Part shown: one piece after another, positions 23,555-36,159 of the stretch
How the letters are laid out: every line of letters begins with the position of its first letter
Numbering within the stretch: position 1 is the first letter of the stretch
Origin: Selaginella moellendorffii
Lineage: Eukaryota; Plantae; Lycopodiophyta
Assembly (NCBI RefSeq): GCF_000143415.4
Contig: NW_003314332.1
Coordinates: forward strand, 868,001-932,000
Length of the DNA stretch: 64,000 bases
Reading direction: 5' to 3'
Program-made: the position numbers and the translations under genes
The notes under the pieces: generated by a model
The model's database searches: none
The model's input: only the letters and a program-made list of their open reading frames with translations
What the model was told of the DNA's origin: nothing

Positions 23555-26500
23555 CAATGGGGTTTTAATTAGTTTAGCCTCTATAAACCATAGAGTCCGA
23601 TTGCGACATGCTCGAAACCGGGAAAGAGCTCTTCAAGATTTTTAGGGGGGGGTGGGACGAGGGGGACAAAGTAGAACTGGTACTTGAGCCTGTGATGTCC
23701 GATGTCCAAGCTTCCGAAGTTCCTGGTGTGGAACTCTGTCGACTCGGGGAGGTACACGTGCCTTCGTTCCTGAACATGTGCTGCCAAATCCATATTGGTG
23801 GCTTCCACATCCATTCTTCTTCTCCAGCCTCGCTTCTTCCTCTAAAAAACGGCCACAGCTTCTTCTCCTTTGCTATCCTCCCTTCCTCGCCTCGTTTTAT
23901 CAGTGTGTCCAGGCGGGCCGCGAGTGAGACAATCAGTCTGGACCAAACCTTTGAGATAGTTGCTCGAGCTGAGGGGTCCGTGTCCTCGAACAGCCTGGTG
24001 CAGCGAGCCTTCCATATCTCTGCTAGTGTGCATCCCCGAAGCGCATCGAAGAGCTCCTGGTGGAGATGTGTAATGTGTGTCTGAGTTTGGTTGAGTTGAT
24101 CAAAATGTGGGGCCTCGTTGTGTCTCCACTTCCATGCATCAGGATTCTTTGTTTTTCCCTGGATGAAGCTACCCCAGAGCGCTGATTCGTATGTGATTGC
24201 AGCTCCTCCGGTTGACATTCGTTTGAGTACCGCTGCTGCACCTTCCCATACTTCCTGTGCTGCCAGACATTCCCATAAGATGTGTCGCTGAGTTTCTGTG
24301 GTGCCACAGGTCTTGCAGGCTGTGTTCGAAAGATGTATGGCAACCAGAGAGGGAAGACGTTCTTGTTGGGCCAGCCACATGAAGTAGCGGTTCTTAGCTG
24401 ACCAGCGCCCCTTCCAGATCTTGTTGATGCAGTGTGAGTGGTTCCTGGAACGGATCTGTTGGGCCTTTGCTTTCCGGATGAGGGAGGATCGAGTCGGCAC
24501 CCTGATCAGTTTGCGGCCTAGCTTGGTCTCGTACTGGAAGAAGTCCTTGCACATGGTTCCCCTCCAATGCCACTCTGTGGGATCCCACTTGAGTTCGTCC
24601 AAGGTTTGTTGGCGGAACCAGTAGAGGCGAGCATATTGGTTTTCTGGGATCAAAGGATCAACGTTGGCAGTTTTTTTCTCCATTTGAATCACTCTGATCG
24701 GTTTAGCTCTGCTCATGTCGGGGAGGTCCTCGTACTCGGGGGTAATGATGGGGTACAAGCGTCCAGCCTGTCCTGCCTCAAAGACTAGTCCCAATGCCAT
24801 GTTGGGGAGGGTGCATACGATCGATTCATCCACCTTCCACCAACGATGGTGCTGATCTTCTTGCAGGTTTAGTCGTTCAAGGCATGCGTGTTTGGCTGCT
24901 AAGAAGGCTGTCTGGAAATTACGCATCCTGTGTTCCGAGATGGTTAATCCGTAGAAAGCACTGATTCGGTCGCGGTTGTGGGCCATCTGGTTGGGTTGGA
25001 TCATGGTGTCTGCCTCTGCGAAGGTTCTCATCCCTGCTCTGTGCAGGTCTCTGCATGTCTGGTCCAGGCCACGATCCTCTGAAGCTCCGAGCGTTTTACC
25101 CTTGACAGCAAAGAGTTTGCTCAGGAAAATTGGCTGCCGGTCCAGTTGTTCTTTGGTACGAGGTGGTTTACGTTCCAGCTTGCACTTGAATTGCCTCCAG
25201 AGCTTGAACAGCTTTCCTGAAAATGTGTGAGCCTTTGTCATTTTGAGTTTGGTGTCTGAGAAGAGCCATTGTTTGTCTGACGCCCAGTTTTGTCTGGTGT
25301 GTTCGTTCCTGTCCGGGAGGACTTTCAAAAATTGTGCTCGCAGCAGTATTCTCCATGGTTGGTGGCCAGGCATGAGCATCCTTGTGAAAATCTTGAAAAG
25401 AAGAGCCTTGCATTGTTCTTCGATGTCAATAATATTGAGGCCCCCTTCGTGCTTCGGAAGTGTTACTGACCACCAATTGACCTTTGCTCCACCACGCGAC
25501 ATGCAGGAGGAGCCTTTCCAGACATAGGTTTGAATGAGTTGGTTCATTTCCTGGATCGTTCACCTGTCCATGTTCCAGCATGCTGCCAGGAACCAGATCA
25601 CTCCAAGCAGGATGCTGTTAGCCACCACACAGCGTGCTGGCACAGAGAACGATAGTTTTCTGCTCGCCCAGAACTTGAGTTGATCCCTTAGTATTGTTAC
25701 AGCTTTTCGGTTCTGGGGTTCTGGATCATATTGGCGTCCCACTTGAAATCCTAGGTAGCGGGTGGTCTCCTCTGTGTCCAGCCATTTGAAACCCAGCTCA
25801 GTGCCCCATGTTGGAGGTCTGCCGGGGGGGAGCCATAGTCCTACCGATTTGTGCCAGTTTATTTTTGATCCCATGGCCTCATTGAAAAAGTCCAGGTCCC
25901 TTTTGACGTTTGAGAGGTTCTCCGGTGATCCCTCCACGATCAGGCTTGTGTCATCTGCAAAGGCTGAGGATAGGAGGTCCTCCTTTGAGGCTTCGTTCAT
26001 GTCCTGAAGCGCTGTGCCGCAGCCTGGAAGGGGCATACCTTTTGGACCCTGTGGTCAGGCGAGGTAGTAGGCCAGAGCATCCGCAACAAACAGGAACAGG
26101 TATGGTGCGAGGGGGCATCCTTGGCGGACTGATCTTTCAAGTTTGAAGGACTGTCCCATGGTTCCATTGATTGTAACCCTGCTCGATACCGAGTGGTACA
26201 GGGATGCTATCCATTCCACGAACTGCAGAGGAACTCCTTGCTTGATCATTATGGCTTGGAGAACTTTCCAATCCACCCGGTCGTAAGCTTTTTCAAAGTC
26301 CAGAAGAATGATTGCAATCTGCTCTGCCATGTCTTTGGTGTGTTCTTGCGCCAGCAGCACTGTTAGGAGATTGTCCACGATTTGCCTGCCATCTACGAAA
26401 CCGTTATGCGTCTCCTTGATTGTTTCTGGGAGCAGAGGCTTGAGGCCTGATGCCAAGGCTTTTGCTACAATCTTGTACATGGTGTTCAGCATAGAGATGG

Positions 26501-27041
26501 GCCTCCAGTTCTTGAGGTGGGACATATCTCCTTTTTTTGGTATCAGCGCAATGATCCCATCCGTAGCTCCTTCCGGCCACTTCCCAGCTCGCATGGTTTC
26601 TTGCCACATCTTGAGAACTTCTCGTCCGATCCAATCCCAGTTTTGTTTGTAGAAGGCTGGTGGCATGCCATCCTCCCCTGGCATCTTGTCGTCCTTGAGG
26701 TCATCCAGGGTGTCCTTTAATTCTTGCAGCATGAAAGGTCTCATTACTCTGGTGTTCATTGCTGGGGTGTACTTGGTCGGGATATGCTCCAGCACTCTTT
26801 CAAGTTTCTCTTGCCTGACCTCATCCCATGGTTCCTCCTTGAAAAGCTGGGAGTAGTAGTGTTCTGCCATGTTGTGCATGTCGTCGATCTCTATGTGCAG
26901 TTGCCCTTGTTCATCCTTCAATCCGAACATTGGTGGGGAGACCACTTTAGATCTTATGGATCGATAGAACTCCCTGTTCAGCGCGAGTTCACTTGTGTGC
27001 CACCTAATGTGTCCTGCTTTTAGGAAGGCTTCCATCTTGTG
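23555..27041 (-). mobile_element. Element E4: 3.5-kb 5'-truncated family-A LINE (RT to 3' end)
   Basis: RT and zf-RVT ORFs 26055-27035, 25560-26036 and 23574-25547; target copy at 27042-27056. Confidence 0.93.
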
Positions 27042-27056
27042 CTAGTCCGACTTTGT

Positions 27057-27711
27057 TAAACGGGGCCTTTTATTTTCTAGTAAAAAACCAAAAAGACTGG
27101 GCATGGTTTCATTGGGCACAAAACCAGCAAAGAGCCTTTATCTAGAGGAGCCTACAATGGAAGTACCAACGGAAAGGGGGGTTGCTCGTGAACTGGCGCC
27201 CGAAGGTCTTCCATGATGCGTCACCTGGAACCATTCATCCGGCGGTGTCCACATCCATTCCCGAGTACCTGCCTCCCCTTGCTTCCACAAAAAATGCCAG
27301 ATCTGTGCTTCTTTTCTTGCTTTTTCTGGACCATTTCTTCCTCCTCTCTTTTCCAGTTGTAGGACCCAGGCTGCTGCTGCAGTTATCATTCTAGACCACA
27401 CCCGTGACACTACCACCCTCGGTCCTTCTTCCCTGTTGTTAAAGATTCTGTTGCACCGGGCTTTCCATACTTCCCACATTGTAATTCCTCTCAAGAGGTC
27501 CATTATCTCTGTTGGAATTCCTTCTGTGTCTGTTCAAGTTGTGTTGAGCTGATCAAACCGCGGTGCCCCTTCTTCTATTGCTGCCCATTTCCAAGAGTCT
27601 GTCCCATTTCGCATTCCTGCGGCAGCTTCACCCCACACTGCCGCTTCATATGTGAGGCACACTTGTCTTTGGGAGTGCTGTTGCAGCATCCAGCACGTGC
27701 TTCTCCACACG
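27057..27711 (-). mobile_element. Element E5: 655-bp 5'-truncated family-B LINE
   Basis: Near-identical to 1466-2120; target copy CTAGTCCAACTTTGT at 27712-27726. Confidence 0.93.
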
Positions 27712-27745
27712 CTAGTCCAACTTTGTCAATAGGGTTTTACTTAGT

Positions 27746-30700
27746 TTATCCTCTATAAACCATAGAGTCCGATTTCGACATGCTCGAAACTGGGAAAGAG
27801 CTCTTCAAGATTTTTAGGGGGGGTGGGACGAGGGGGACAAAGTAGAACTGGTACTCGAGCCCGTGATGTCCGATGTCCCAGCTTGCGAAGTTCCTGGTGT
27901 GGAACTCTGTCGACTCGGGGAGGTACACGTGCCTTCGTTCCTAAACATGTGCTGCCAGATCCATATTGGTGGCTTCCACGTCCATTCTTCTTCTCCAGCC
28001 TCGCTTCTTCCTCTAAAAAACGGCCACAGCTTCTTCTCCTTCGCTATCTTCCCTTCCTCGCCTCGTTTCATCAGCGTGTCCAGGCGGGCCGCGAGTGAGA
28101 CGATCAGTCTGGACCAAACCTTTGAGATAGTTGCTCGAGCTGAGGGGTCCGTGTCCTCGAACAGCCTGGCGCAGCGAGCCTTCCATATCTCTGCTAGTGT
28201 GCATCCCCGAAGCGCATCGAAGAGCTCCTGGTGGAGATGCGTAATGTGTGTCCGAGTTTGGTTGAGTTGATCAAAGTGTGGGGCCTCGTTGTGTCTCCAC
28301 TTCCATGCATCAGGATTCTTTGTTTTTCCCTGGATGAAGCTACCCCAGAGCGCTGATTCGTATGTGATTGCAGCTCCTCCGGTTGACGTTTGTTTGAGTA
28401 CCGCTGCTGCACCTTCCCATACTTCCTGTGGTGCCGGACATTCCCATAAGATGTGTCGCTGTGTTTCTGTGGCGCCACAGGTTTGCAGGCTGTGTTTGGA
28501 AGATGTATGGCAACCAGAGAGGGAAGACGTTCTTGTTGGGCCAGCCACATGAAGTAGCGGTTCTTAGCTGACCAGCGCCCCTTCCAGATCTTGTTGATGC
28601 AGTGTGAGTGGTTCCTGGAATGGATCTGTTGGGCCTTTGCTTTCCGGATGAGGGAGGATTGAGTCGGCACCCTGATCAGTTTGCGGCCTAGCTTGGTCTC
28701 GTACTGGAAGAAGTCCTTGCACATGGTTCCCCTCCAATGCCACTCTACAGGATCCCACTTGAGTTCATCCAAGGTTTGTTGGCAGAACCAGTAGAGGCGA
28801 GCATATTGGTTTTCTGGGATCAATGGATCAACGTTGGCAGTTTTTTTCTCCATTTGAATCACTTTGATCGGTTTAGCTCTGCTCATGTCGGGGAGGTCCT
28901 TGTACTCTGGGGTAACGATGGGGTACAAGCGTCCGGCCTGTCCTGCCTCAAAGATTAGTCCCGATGCCATGTTGGGGAGGGTGCATACGATCGATTCATC
29001 AACCTTCCACCAACGATGGTGCTGATCTTCTTGCAGGTTTAGTCGTTCAAGGCATGCGTGTTTGGCTGCTAAGAAGGCTGTCTAGAAATTACGCATCCTG
29101 TGTTCTGAGATGGTTAATCCGTAGAAAGCACTGATTTGGTCGCGGTTGTGGGCCGTCTGGTTGGGCTGGATCATGGTGTCTGCCTCTGCGAAGGTTCTCA
29201 TCCCTGCACCGTGCAGGTCTCTGCATGTCTGGTCCAGGCCGCGATCCTCTGAAGCTCCGAGCATTTTACCCTTGACAGCGAAGAGTTTGCTCAGGAAAAT
29301 TGGCTGCCGGTCCAGTTGTTCTTTGGTACGAGGTGGTTTACATTCCAACTTGCACTTAAATTGCCTCCAGAGCTTGAACAGCTTCCCTGAGAATGTGTGA
29401 GCCTTTGTCATTTTGAGTTTGGTGTCTGAGAAGAGCCATTGTTCGTCTGACGCCCAGTTTTGTCTGGTGTGCTCGTTCCTGTCCGGGAGGACTTTCAAAA
29501 ATTGTGCTCGCAGCAGTATTCTCCATGGTTGGTGGCCAGGCATGAGCATCCTTGTGAAAATCTTGAAAAGAAGAGCCTTGCATTGTTCTTCGATATCAAT
29601 GATATTGAGGCCCCCTTCGTGCTTCGGAAGTGTTACTGACCGCCAGTTGACCTTTGCTCCACCACGCGACACACAGGAGGAGCCTTTCCAGACATAGGTT
29701 CGAATGAGTTGGTTCATTTCCTGGATCGTTCGCCTGTCTATGTTCCAGCATGCTGCCAGGAACCAGATCGCCCCAAGCAGGATGCTGTTAGCCACCACAC
29801 AGCGTGCTGAGAATGATAGTTTTCTGCTCGCCCAGAACTTGAGTTGATCCCTTAGTTTTGTTACAGCTTTTTGGTTCTGGGGTTCTGGGTCATATTGGCG
29901 TCCCACTTGGAATCCAAGGTAGCAGGTGGTCTCCTCCGTGTCCAGCCATTTGAAACCCAGCTCAGTGCCCCATGTTGGAGGTCTGCCGGGGGGGAGCCAT
30001 AGTCCTACCGATTTGTGCCAGTTTATTTTCGATCCCATGGCCTCATTGAAAAAGTCCAGGTCCCTTTTGACGTTTGAGAGGTTCTCTGGTGATCCCTCCA
30101 CAATCAGGCTTGTGTCATCTGCAAAGGCTGAGGATAGGAGGTCCTCCTTTGAGGCTTCGTTCATGTCCTGAAGCGCTGTGCCGCAGCCTGGAAGGGGCAT
30201 ACCTTTTGGACCCTGTGGTCGGGCGAGGTAGTAGGCCAGAGCATCCGCAACAAACAGGAACAGGTATGGTGCGAGGGGGCATCCTTGGCGGACTGATCTT
30301 TCAAGTTTGAAGGACTGTCCCATGGTTCCATTGATTGTAACCCTGCTCAATGCCGAGTGGTACAGGGATGCTGTCCATTCCACGAACTGCAGAGGAACTC
30401 CTTGCTTGATCATTATGGCCTGGAGAACTTTCCAATCCACCCGGTCGTAAGATTTTTCAAAGTCCAGGAGAATGATTGCAATCTGCTCTGCCATGTCTTT
30501 GGTGTGTTCTTGCGCCAGCAGCACTGTTAGGAGATTGTCCACGATTTGCCTGCCATCTACGAAACCGTTCTGCGTCTCATTGATTGTTTCTGGGAGCAGG
30601 GGCTTGAGGCGTGATGCCAAGGCTTTTGCTACGATCTTGTACATGGTGTTCAGCATAGAGATGGGCTTCCAGTTCTTGAGGTGGGACATATCTCCTTTTT

Positions 30701-32273
30701 TTGGTATCAACGCAATGATCCCATCCGTAGCTCCTTCCGGCCACTTCCCAGCTCGCATGGTTTCTTGCCACATCTTGAGAACTTCGGGTCCGATCCACTC
30801 CCAATTTTGTTTGTAGAAGGCTGGTGGCATGCCGTCCTCCCCTGGCATCTTGTCGTCCTTGAGGTCATCCAGGGCGTCCTTTAATTCTCGCAGCGTGAAG
30901 GGTCTCATTACTCTGGTGTTCATTGCTGGGGTGTACTTGGTTGGGATATGCTCCAGCACTCTTTCAAGTTTCTCTTGCCTGACCTCATCCCATGGTTCCT
31001 CCTTGAAAAGCTGGGAGTAGTAGTGTTCTGCCATGTTGTGCATGTCGTCGATCTCTGTGTGCATTTGCCCTTGTTCGTCCTTCAATCCGAACATTGGTGG
31101 GGAGACCACTTTGGATCTTATGGATCGATAGAACTCCCTGTTCAGCGCGAGTTCACTTGCGTGCCATCTAATGTGTCCTGCTTTTAGGAAGGCTTCCATC
31201 TTGTCGGCCTCTATCCTTTCCAGTTGGCGCTTAACCTGGATTTTTTGAGCTTGTAGCCACGGGTCATTCGGGTTGCTGCGAAGGTCAGTGTTGATCGAGG
31301 CCAGGACACTCCGAACCTTTTGGACTGTGTTAAAGACACCTCTCCTATCTTTCCGGATCTTGGCCCGAGCCTCTTGAGCGATTTGAAGGGTGAAGGAGAG
31401 TAGGTTCCCCTTGTGTTTCTCCCATTGCTCGTGCGCCCGGTTATTGTTGGCTTGCTCCTCAAAGAACTTCTTGGGTATGGCAACTGGCTTCCTTGGACCT
31501 CTTGATCTTCGAAAGGGAAGTGTGAGTCTAATTGGATGGTGGTCTGAGAAGTCCGTGTAGGTGTTGTCGATGTCTAGCTTCCCCCCTTGCATGCACAGGT
31601 CCATGGTGAGGTAGAAGCGGTCCAGACGACGCTGTATGCCTCTGCGTTGACGTTCTCGCCATGTGAAGCGTGGTTCATGTGTCACAAAACCCGGGATCTC
31701 GTAAGCGTCGCAGGTGCCAATTTGTAAGAGGAATGAGTTCCATGCAAGGCGTTCCGCACGTGTACGTCTATCCTGGATTATGCCTCCCTGTTTGTCCTCC
31801 TCATGATCCACGAAGTTGAAGTCACCAGCCAGGATCCAGTCATCGATTCCGGTGGGAAGACGACGCTGCAGAATTCGGAAGAAGTGTGCTCGTGAGGTGG
31901 AGCGGGAAGCTGGGGCGTAGATGTTCAACAGGCCTATGGTTCGGGCATTTACTTTTATCACTATCATATGAGCACGTCCAGGGATTAGGATCTGGTGCGA
32001 GGTGCCAAGGGATTGCCATGGTCCTTTGGCGATGATGAGGGTTCCTCCTCGCCTTCCAACTGCAGGGTTCCAGAAGTGTTCGCCTTGGGAAAACTTAAAG
32101 ATTGTCTGGTGTTCTTGCATTCTATGCTCCTGGAAACAGAAGAAGTCACATTTTCCTATCACTCCTTCTAACTGGCGAAGGTATTGTCGTAGCCTCGCCT
32201 TCTTGTCATTCCATAGCACTCCGTCCTTACTAATGCCTCCTACATTCCATGAAAGCACGCTGAGATCAGTCAT
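27746..32273 (-). pseudogene. Family-A ORF2 (APE-RT-zf-RVT), copy E6
   Basis: SWNVGG, GDFN, SDH, RQGCPLAP, FADD; stop at 29082 and a 1-nt deletion near 28482. Confidence 0.93.
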
Positions 32274-35200
32274 TGTCCTTGTTTGTAGTGATCCGATCGC
32301 GTTCCACCCACGAGAATTCACGATCTCTCCCTCCTCTCGCGGGGATGACGCCGCTTTTGGTGAGAAGGGCTGCATGCAGTTCCATGTTGGTGCCCATGAT
32401 TGTGGCCTTGTCTACTTCCACATGGTACCTAAGATCCTTGATTACCTCGGACGCTTCCAGAAAGCTGTGTACTCCATTCTCTGGGAGTTGATCGCGCGGC
32501 ATGTGGAATGTGGGGGTGACATATCCAACCGGAGGGCCGCTCCATAGTGCGAGGTACTTCCGGGGACGTGTGTTGCTTACATGGAGCCACAGGTTGACTT
32601 TGAGTCGCCTGAAGCATCGGGAGGAGGACGCTCTCCCTCGCGGCATCAGGTCCTCTGATGGGGATCTCTCCACTCGTGCTCGTTCCGGGGACGGGGAGCA
32701 TTGGACTGTGTGCTGCCCACCCCTCTGGTCTCTTGGCCTCTCAGGCGAAGCTTGTCCATCCGTCGGTGTTTCTTCCCTGCACATTGACATTCTGTCGGAC
32801 TGTCTCCTAGATGTTCCTCCTTGAGTCGAAGGGCTTCTCCTTCTTTTTCCCCGGTCCTGCATCGGCTTAGAGGGCGTCGCTGCCGCTGGGGGTGTCGTCC
32901 TAGATTCCTGGATATGGATCGGGTGCACTTTCCCCATGATCCGGATCTTGTTCGGGATTGGCGCCTTTCCAGTGTACAAGACGTGGATGAGTTGGTCCCC
33001 TAACTCCTCCCTTGTCGCCCGTTTCCCTAGGTACTGAGCGAAGCCCTCCACCATCATTGCCAGAAACACCGGGGTGTTGTCTGTCTCGCACAGGTCCTCG
33101 ACGAGTAGATCCAGCTCCATTGTTGGGCGGTGAACCAAGTCCTTCTGCCTCGGAGAGAATCCTGGCGGAAACTTGTAGAAGAACAACTCGTGTGTTGGTC
33201 TCGTCACCCTCTGCTTTAGGACCAAGGCTCACCTGTTTTTCTCCGTGCTCACCTCCACGCTGTAGCAGTTCCGGCCGAGGAACGTGACTGGTCTCCCCCG
33301 GAACGATACTCCTGCCTCTTTGAAGCCTTCCTCGAGCCTTTCCATTGCTGCTTGCCGGTCTGGTTTGTTCCCTTCAAAGATTGCCAGGATCAAGTTCTTG
33401 GCTGCCTTGGCTTGACATTCCTGCAGTTCCATGAGGACCTCGTTCGCCTCCACTTGTAGTTCTCCTGGGACTGGTGCCGTGACGTCCGACATTGCCGGTG
33501 CAGCAGCTGAATGGGGTGAAACAGTCTTTGTCACGTCCATGTCCAGCTCTTCCACCCTTGTCCATCCGAGATAGAGTACGTCTGACTCCTTCCTCTTCTT
33601 GAGCGGGACGGCTGGAATTGCTTTCTCCTTGGTGGTCCCAGTCAAAGCTCTCGGAGCTGGTGTTTCTGGAACATTTGTGAGTGCTGGGGTGGTCTCTTCG
33701 ATCTGATCCCCCTCCGAGTCCCCCTCTTTCCCCTGTCTCTCCTCCGTCGCCGCTTGGATGACTCGTTCCCTCTGCTGTGTGTCCATGAACAGCACGCTCA
33801 AACCCGGCGAGGCAGAGTGTGAGTCAGGCGAGGGCTGTTGTGGCGTGTTCTCCAGCGTTTCGTCCGCATACTTGCCAATTCCCTCCAAAGCTGATATCGA
33901 TGGGATCCTTTCAAATGTGGGCGTCCTGGCCGGCGGTGTTGTGTTCAGCGGGGGGGTGATTGTTTGCTTGGAAGATGAGGCGTCTGAAGCTCCCTTTGAT
34001 TTTTTGCTCCCCGTTGCAGTCTGGTTCTTCTTCTTTGTGATCTTGACTGTATCGGCGGACGAGGAGGGAGCAGCTCGAGTCGGTTCTGGTTCTGGTTCCA
34101 CAGCTTCGTTGTCCTTCGGGGGCGGCGGTGGGCGCTGCTTGAGCTTGATCGAGAGTTTCGTCCCCGTGCTTCTCATTTCTGGTCGAGGCTCTGCCGTAGG
34201 TCTCTCCTCATCATCAGGGGTGTTCTGAGTCGTGTCCGTGCGAGGGGGTTCTTCCAGTTCATCTTCCAGTGGTGGACCGCACTTTCGCATGTTCTTTGTA
34301 CGCGGCATTTCCTTCTTTGTTCCGGTCCTGTGTTCAGTAAAGAGTTCACGGATCAACGCTACTCCACGAGGGCGATGTGGTGATTCTGCTGAGGTACTGC
34401 TGGCAGTTTTTTGGGTCGAAGAGGGGGGCGTATGGGGGGAGGCGTGTGGGGGGTCTAGCCTTGGGGAAGAAAGGGGAGAGAAATTGCCATGTGATCGCAA
34501 GGGTGGAGCGGAGACAAATCGGGGAGCGAGGGGATTGGAAGGAGAACTGACCTCTTGGTCGTTGGCGTGATGCTCCTCTCCTTTTCTCTTTGCTCTGCTT
34601 GCTTTCTTCCGCTCTCCAGTCGCTCTCGAGCTCGATTCAACTTTTCCGGGGAAGGGCAAGTTTAGGGTTGTTGGTACTGCTCTTGGCGGGGGGGTACGTG
34701 GACGCGTGCGATTGGATGTGCTCCATCTTAAGTTCACCTTGGATTTTGGTGATGTAATGCGATCTTGGCGATTCTCCCGCCGTACGTTGTGTTGGTTCGA
34801 GGACTGCCCTCTTGATGATTGTCGGGGTGATGGCGATGTGGGGGAGGGGATGTTCCCTGGTGACACGTGGGGGATGGTGATGTCATTTTTCTTTTCCTTC
34901 GTCGTCTTTCCCTTCTGTTCTGGACCGTGCGATCTTGTCTCAGTTGATCTTCGCCATGGCTGGGACTTGTGCGTGGGGAGGGCCGCCGATCCTTTGGTTG
35001 GGGTTTGCTTCTCGTGATCCAATGGTTGCAATGCTGATCGGCTCGGTACGTGTACAGTTATCCTTGTGCGTGGTTTTTTGGTGTTTGTCGTTGTCTGCTC
35101 CGGGCCGTTGGATCTGTTTTCGGACGATCCTGACCGTGCTTGGGACTTAGCCATTTCTTGCATGGGCTTCGTCTGAGTGGGAAGAAATTTTCGATCGGGC

Positions 35201-35352
35201 AGATCATGGATTCTTGGGGAGGGATGCTCCCGGCCGGGTGAAAAACGATCTGGAGGTGGAACAACTAATCGAAGTCCATACCTGTGTGCCCCTTGCCTTG
35301 ACGTCTTCTGCAGTTCTGAGGTCCTGGGGAGGACCACGTTTTGCCGATTCAT
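32266..35352 (-). pseudogene. Family-A ORF1 (~1030 aa), copy E6
   Basis: Single frame with one CGA>TGA stop at 33229 (CGA in E8). Confidence 0.85.
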
Positions 35353-36112
35353 GAGTGCTGGAGAGAATGATCTTTGTGGGTCATTGAGAGCTGTCCCAAT
35401 ATTGATCCAAGTCCATCAGATTGTCCGTGGTCGTCCTTTGCTGCCACACCCGTGAAATGCCCTTCTAGTGTCCTCGTGTTCTAAGGACCAGAACTTGGAG
35501 CGATTGGCACTTGTTTTGCTTCTCGGGTGCTTCTGTCCCTTTCCAGTGCTTCAGGCGTCCCTTCCTCCAGTCAGGCATGGCCCCCTTCCTGCTTTTGCTT
35601 CTTTTCTTGGGGAAAGAGTGGGGGCAGGACTTCTGCCACTGATCGGTCTGCTGTTGAGTCCTCTTTTTGATCAACCAGGGGGGCCAAAGAAGATTGTGGA
35701 CCGTGAAGCCAGCAATCCTATTGGGGCTGGTGATCCTGGAGCGATCTCTTCACTACCCAAATGGATCTGCGTGGACCTTCTGTTGGGTGGAGCGAGCTTG
35801 AACCAGGGGATTCTTGGCGGGGTCGGTCAGCAGCACAGTGGGGGGATTAGAACGATGGGGAAGTGATCGGGATTGTTGCAAGGGAAGCGCCTGACCGGAG
35901 GGGAGCCGTGGAGAACCGGGACCTTTGCACAGCCAGTACCGAGATCGACAAGTGGGTTCCGCACACTCTAGAGTTCGGCTGTGAACCAAGGCGCCTAGTA
36001 GCAGATCCATGGCGAGCAGCTGGGGCGCGAACCAGGAAGCCGTGGGAAGTGGAGGGGATGGGATCGCCGGAACTTTGAGGAGTGCCTTGCGCCTAGGGTT
36101 TCCATCCCTCTT

Positions 36113-36159
36113 CTAGTCCGACTTTTCTCTAGTCCGACTTTTTGCTAGTCCGAATTTGT
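36113..36159 (+). repeat. Triple (partial) target copy
   Basis: CTAGTCCGACTTT-TCT-CTAGTCCGACTTT-TTG-CTAGTCCGAATTTGT. Confidence 0.93.

Larger units (their letters stand above)
27727..36112 (-). mobile_element. Element E6: full-length family-A LINE (~8.4 kb)
   Basis: 5' UTR, ORF1 and ORF2; colinear with E8; target copies on both sides. Confidence 0.95.
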
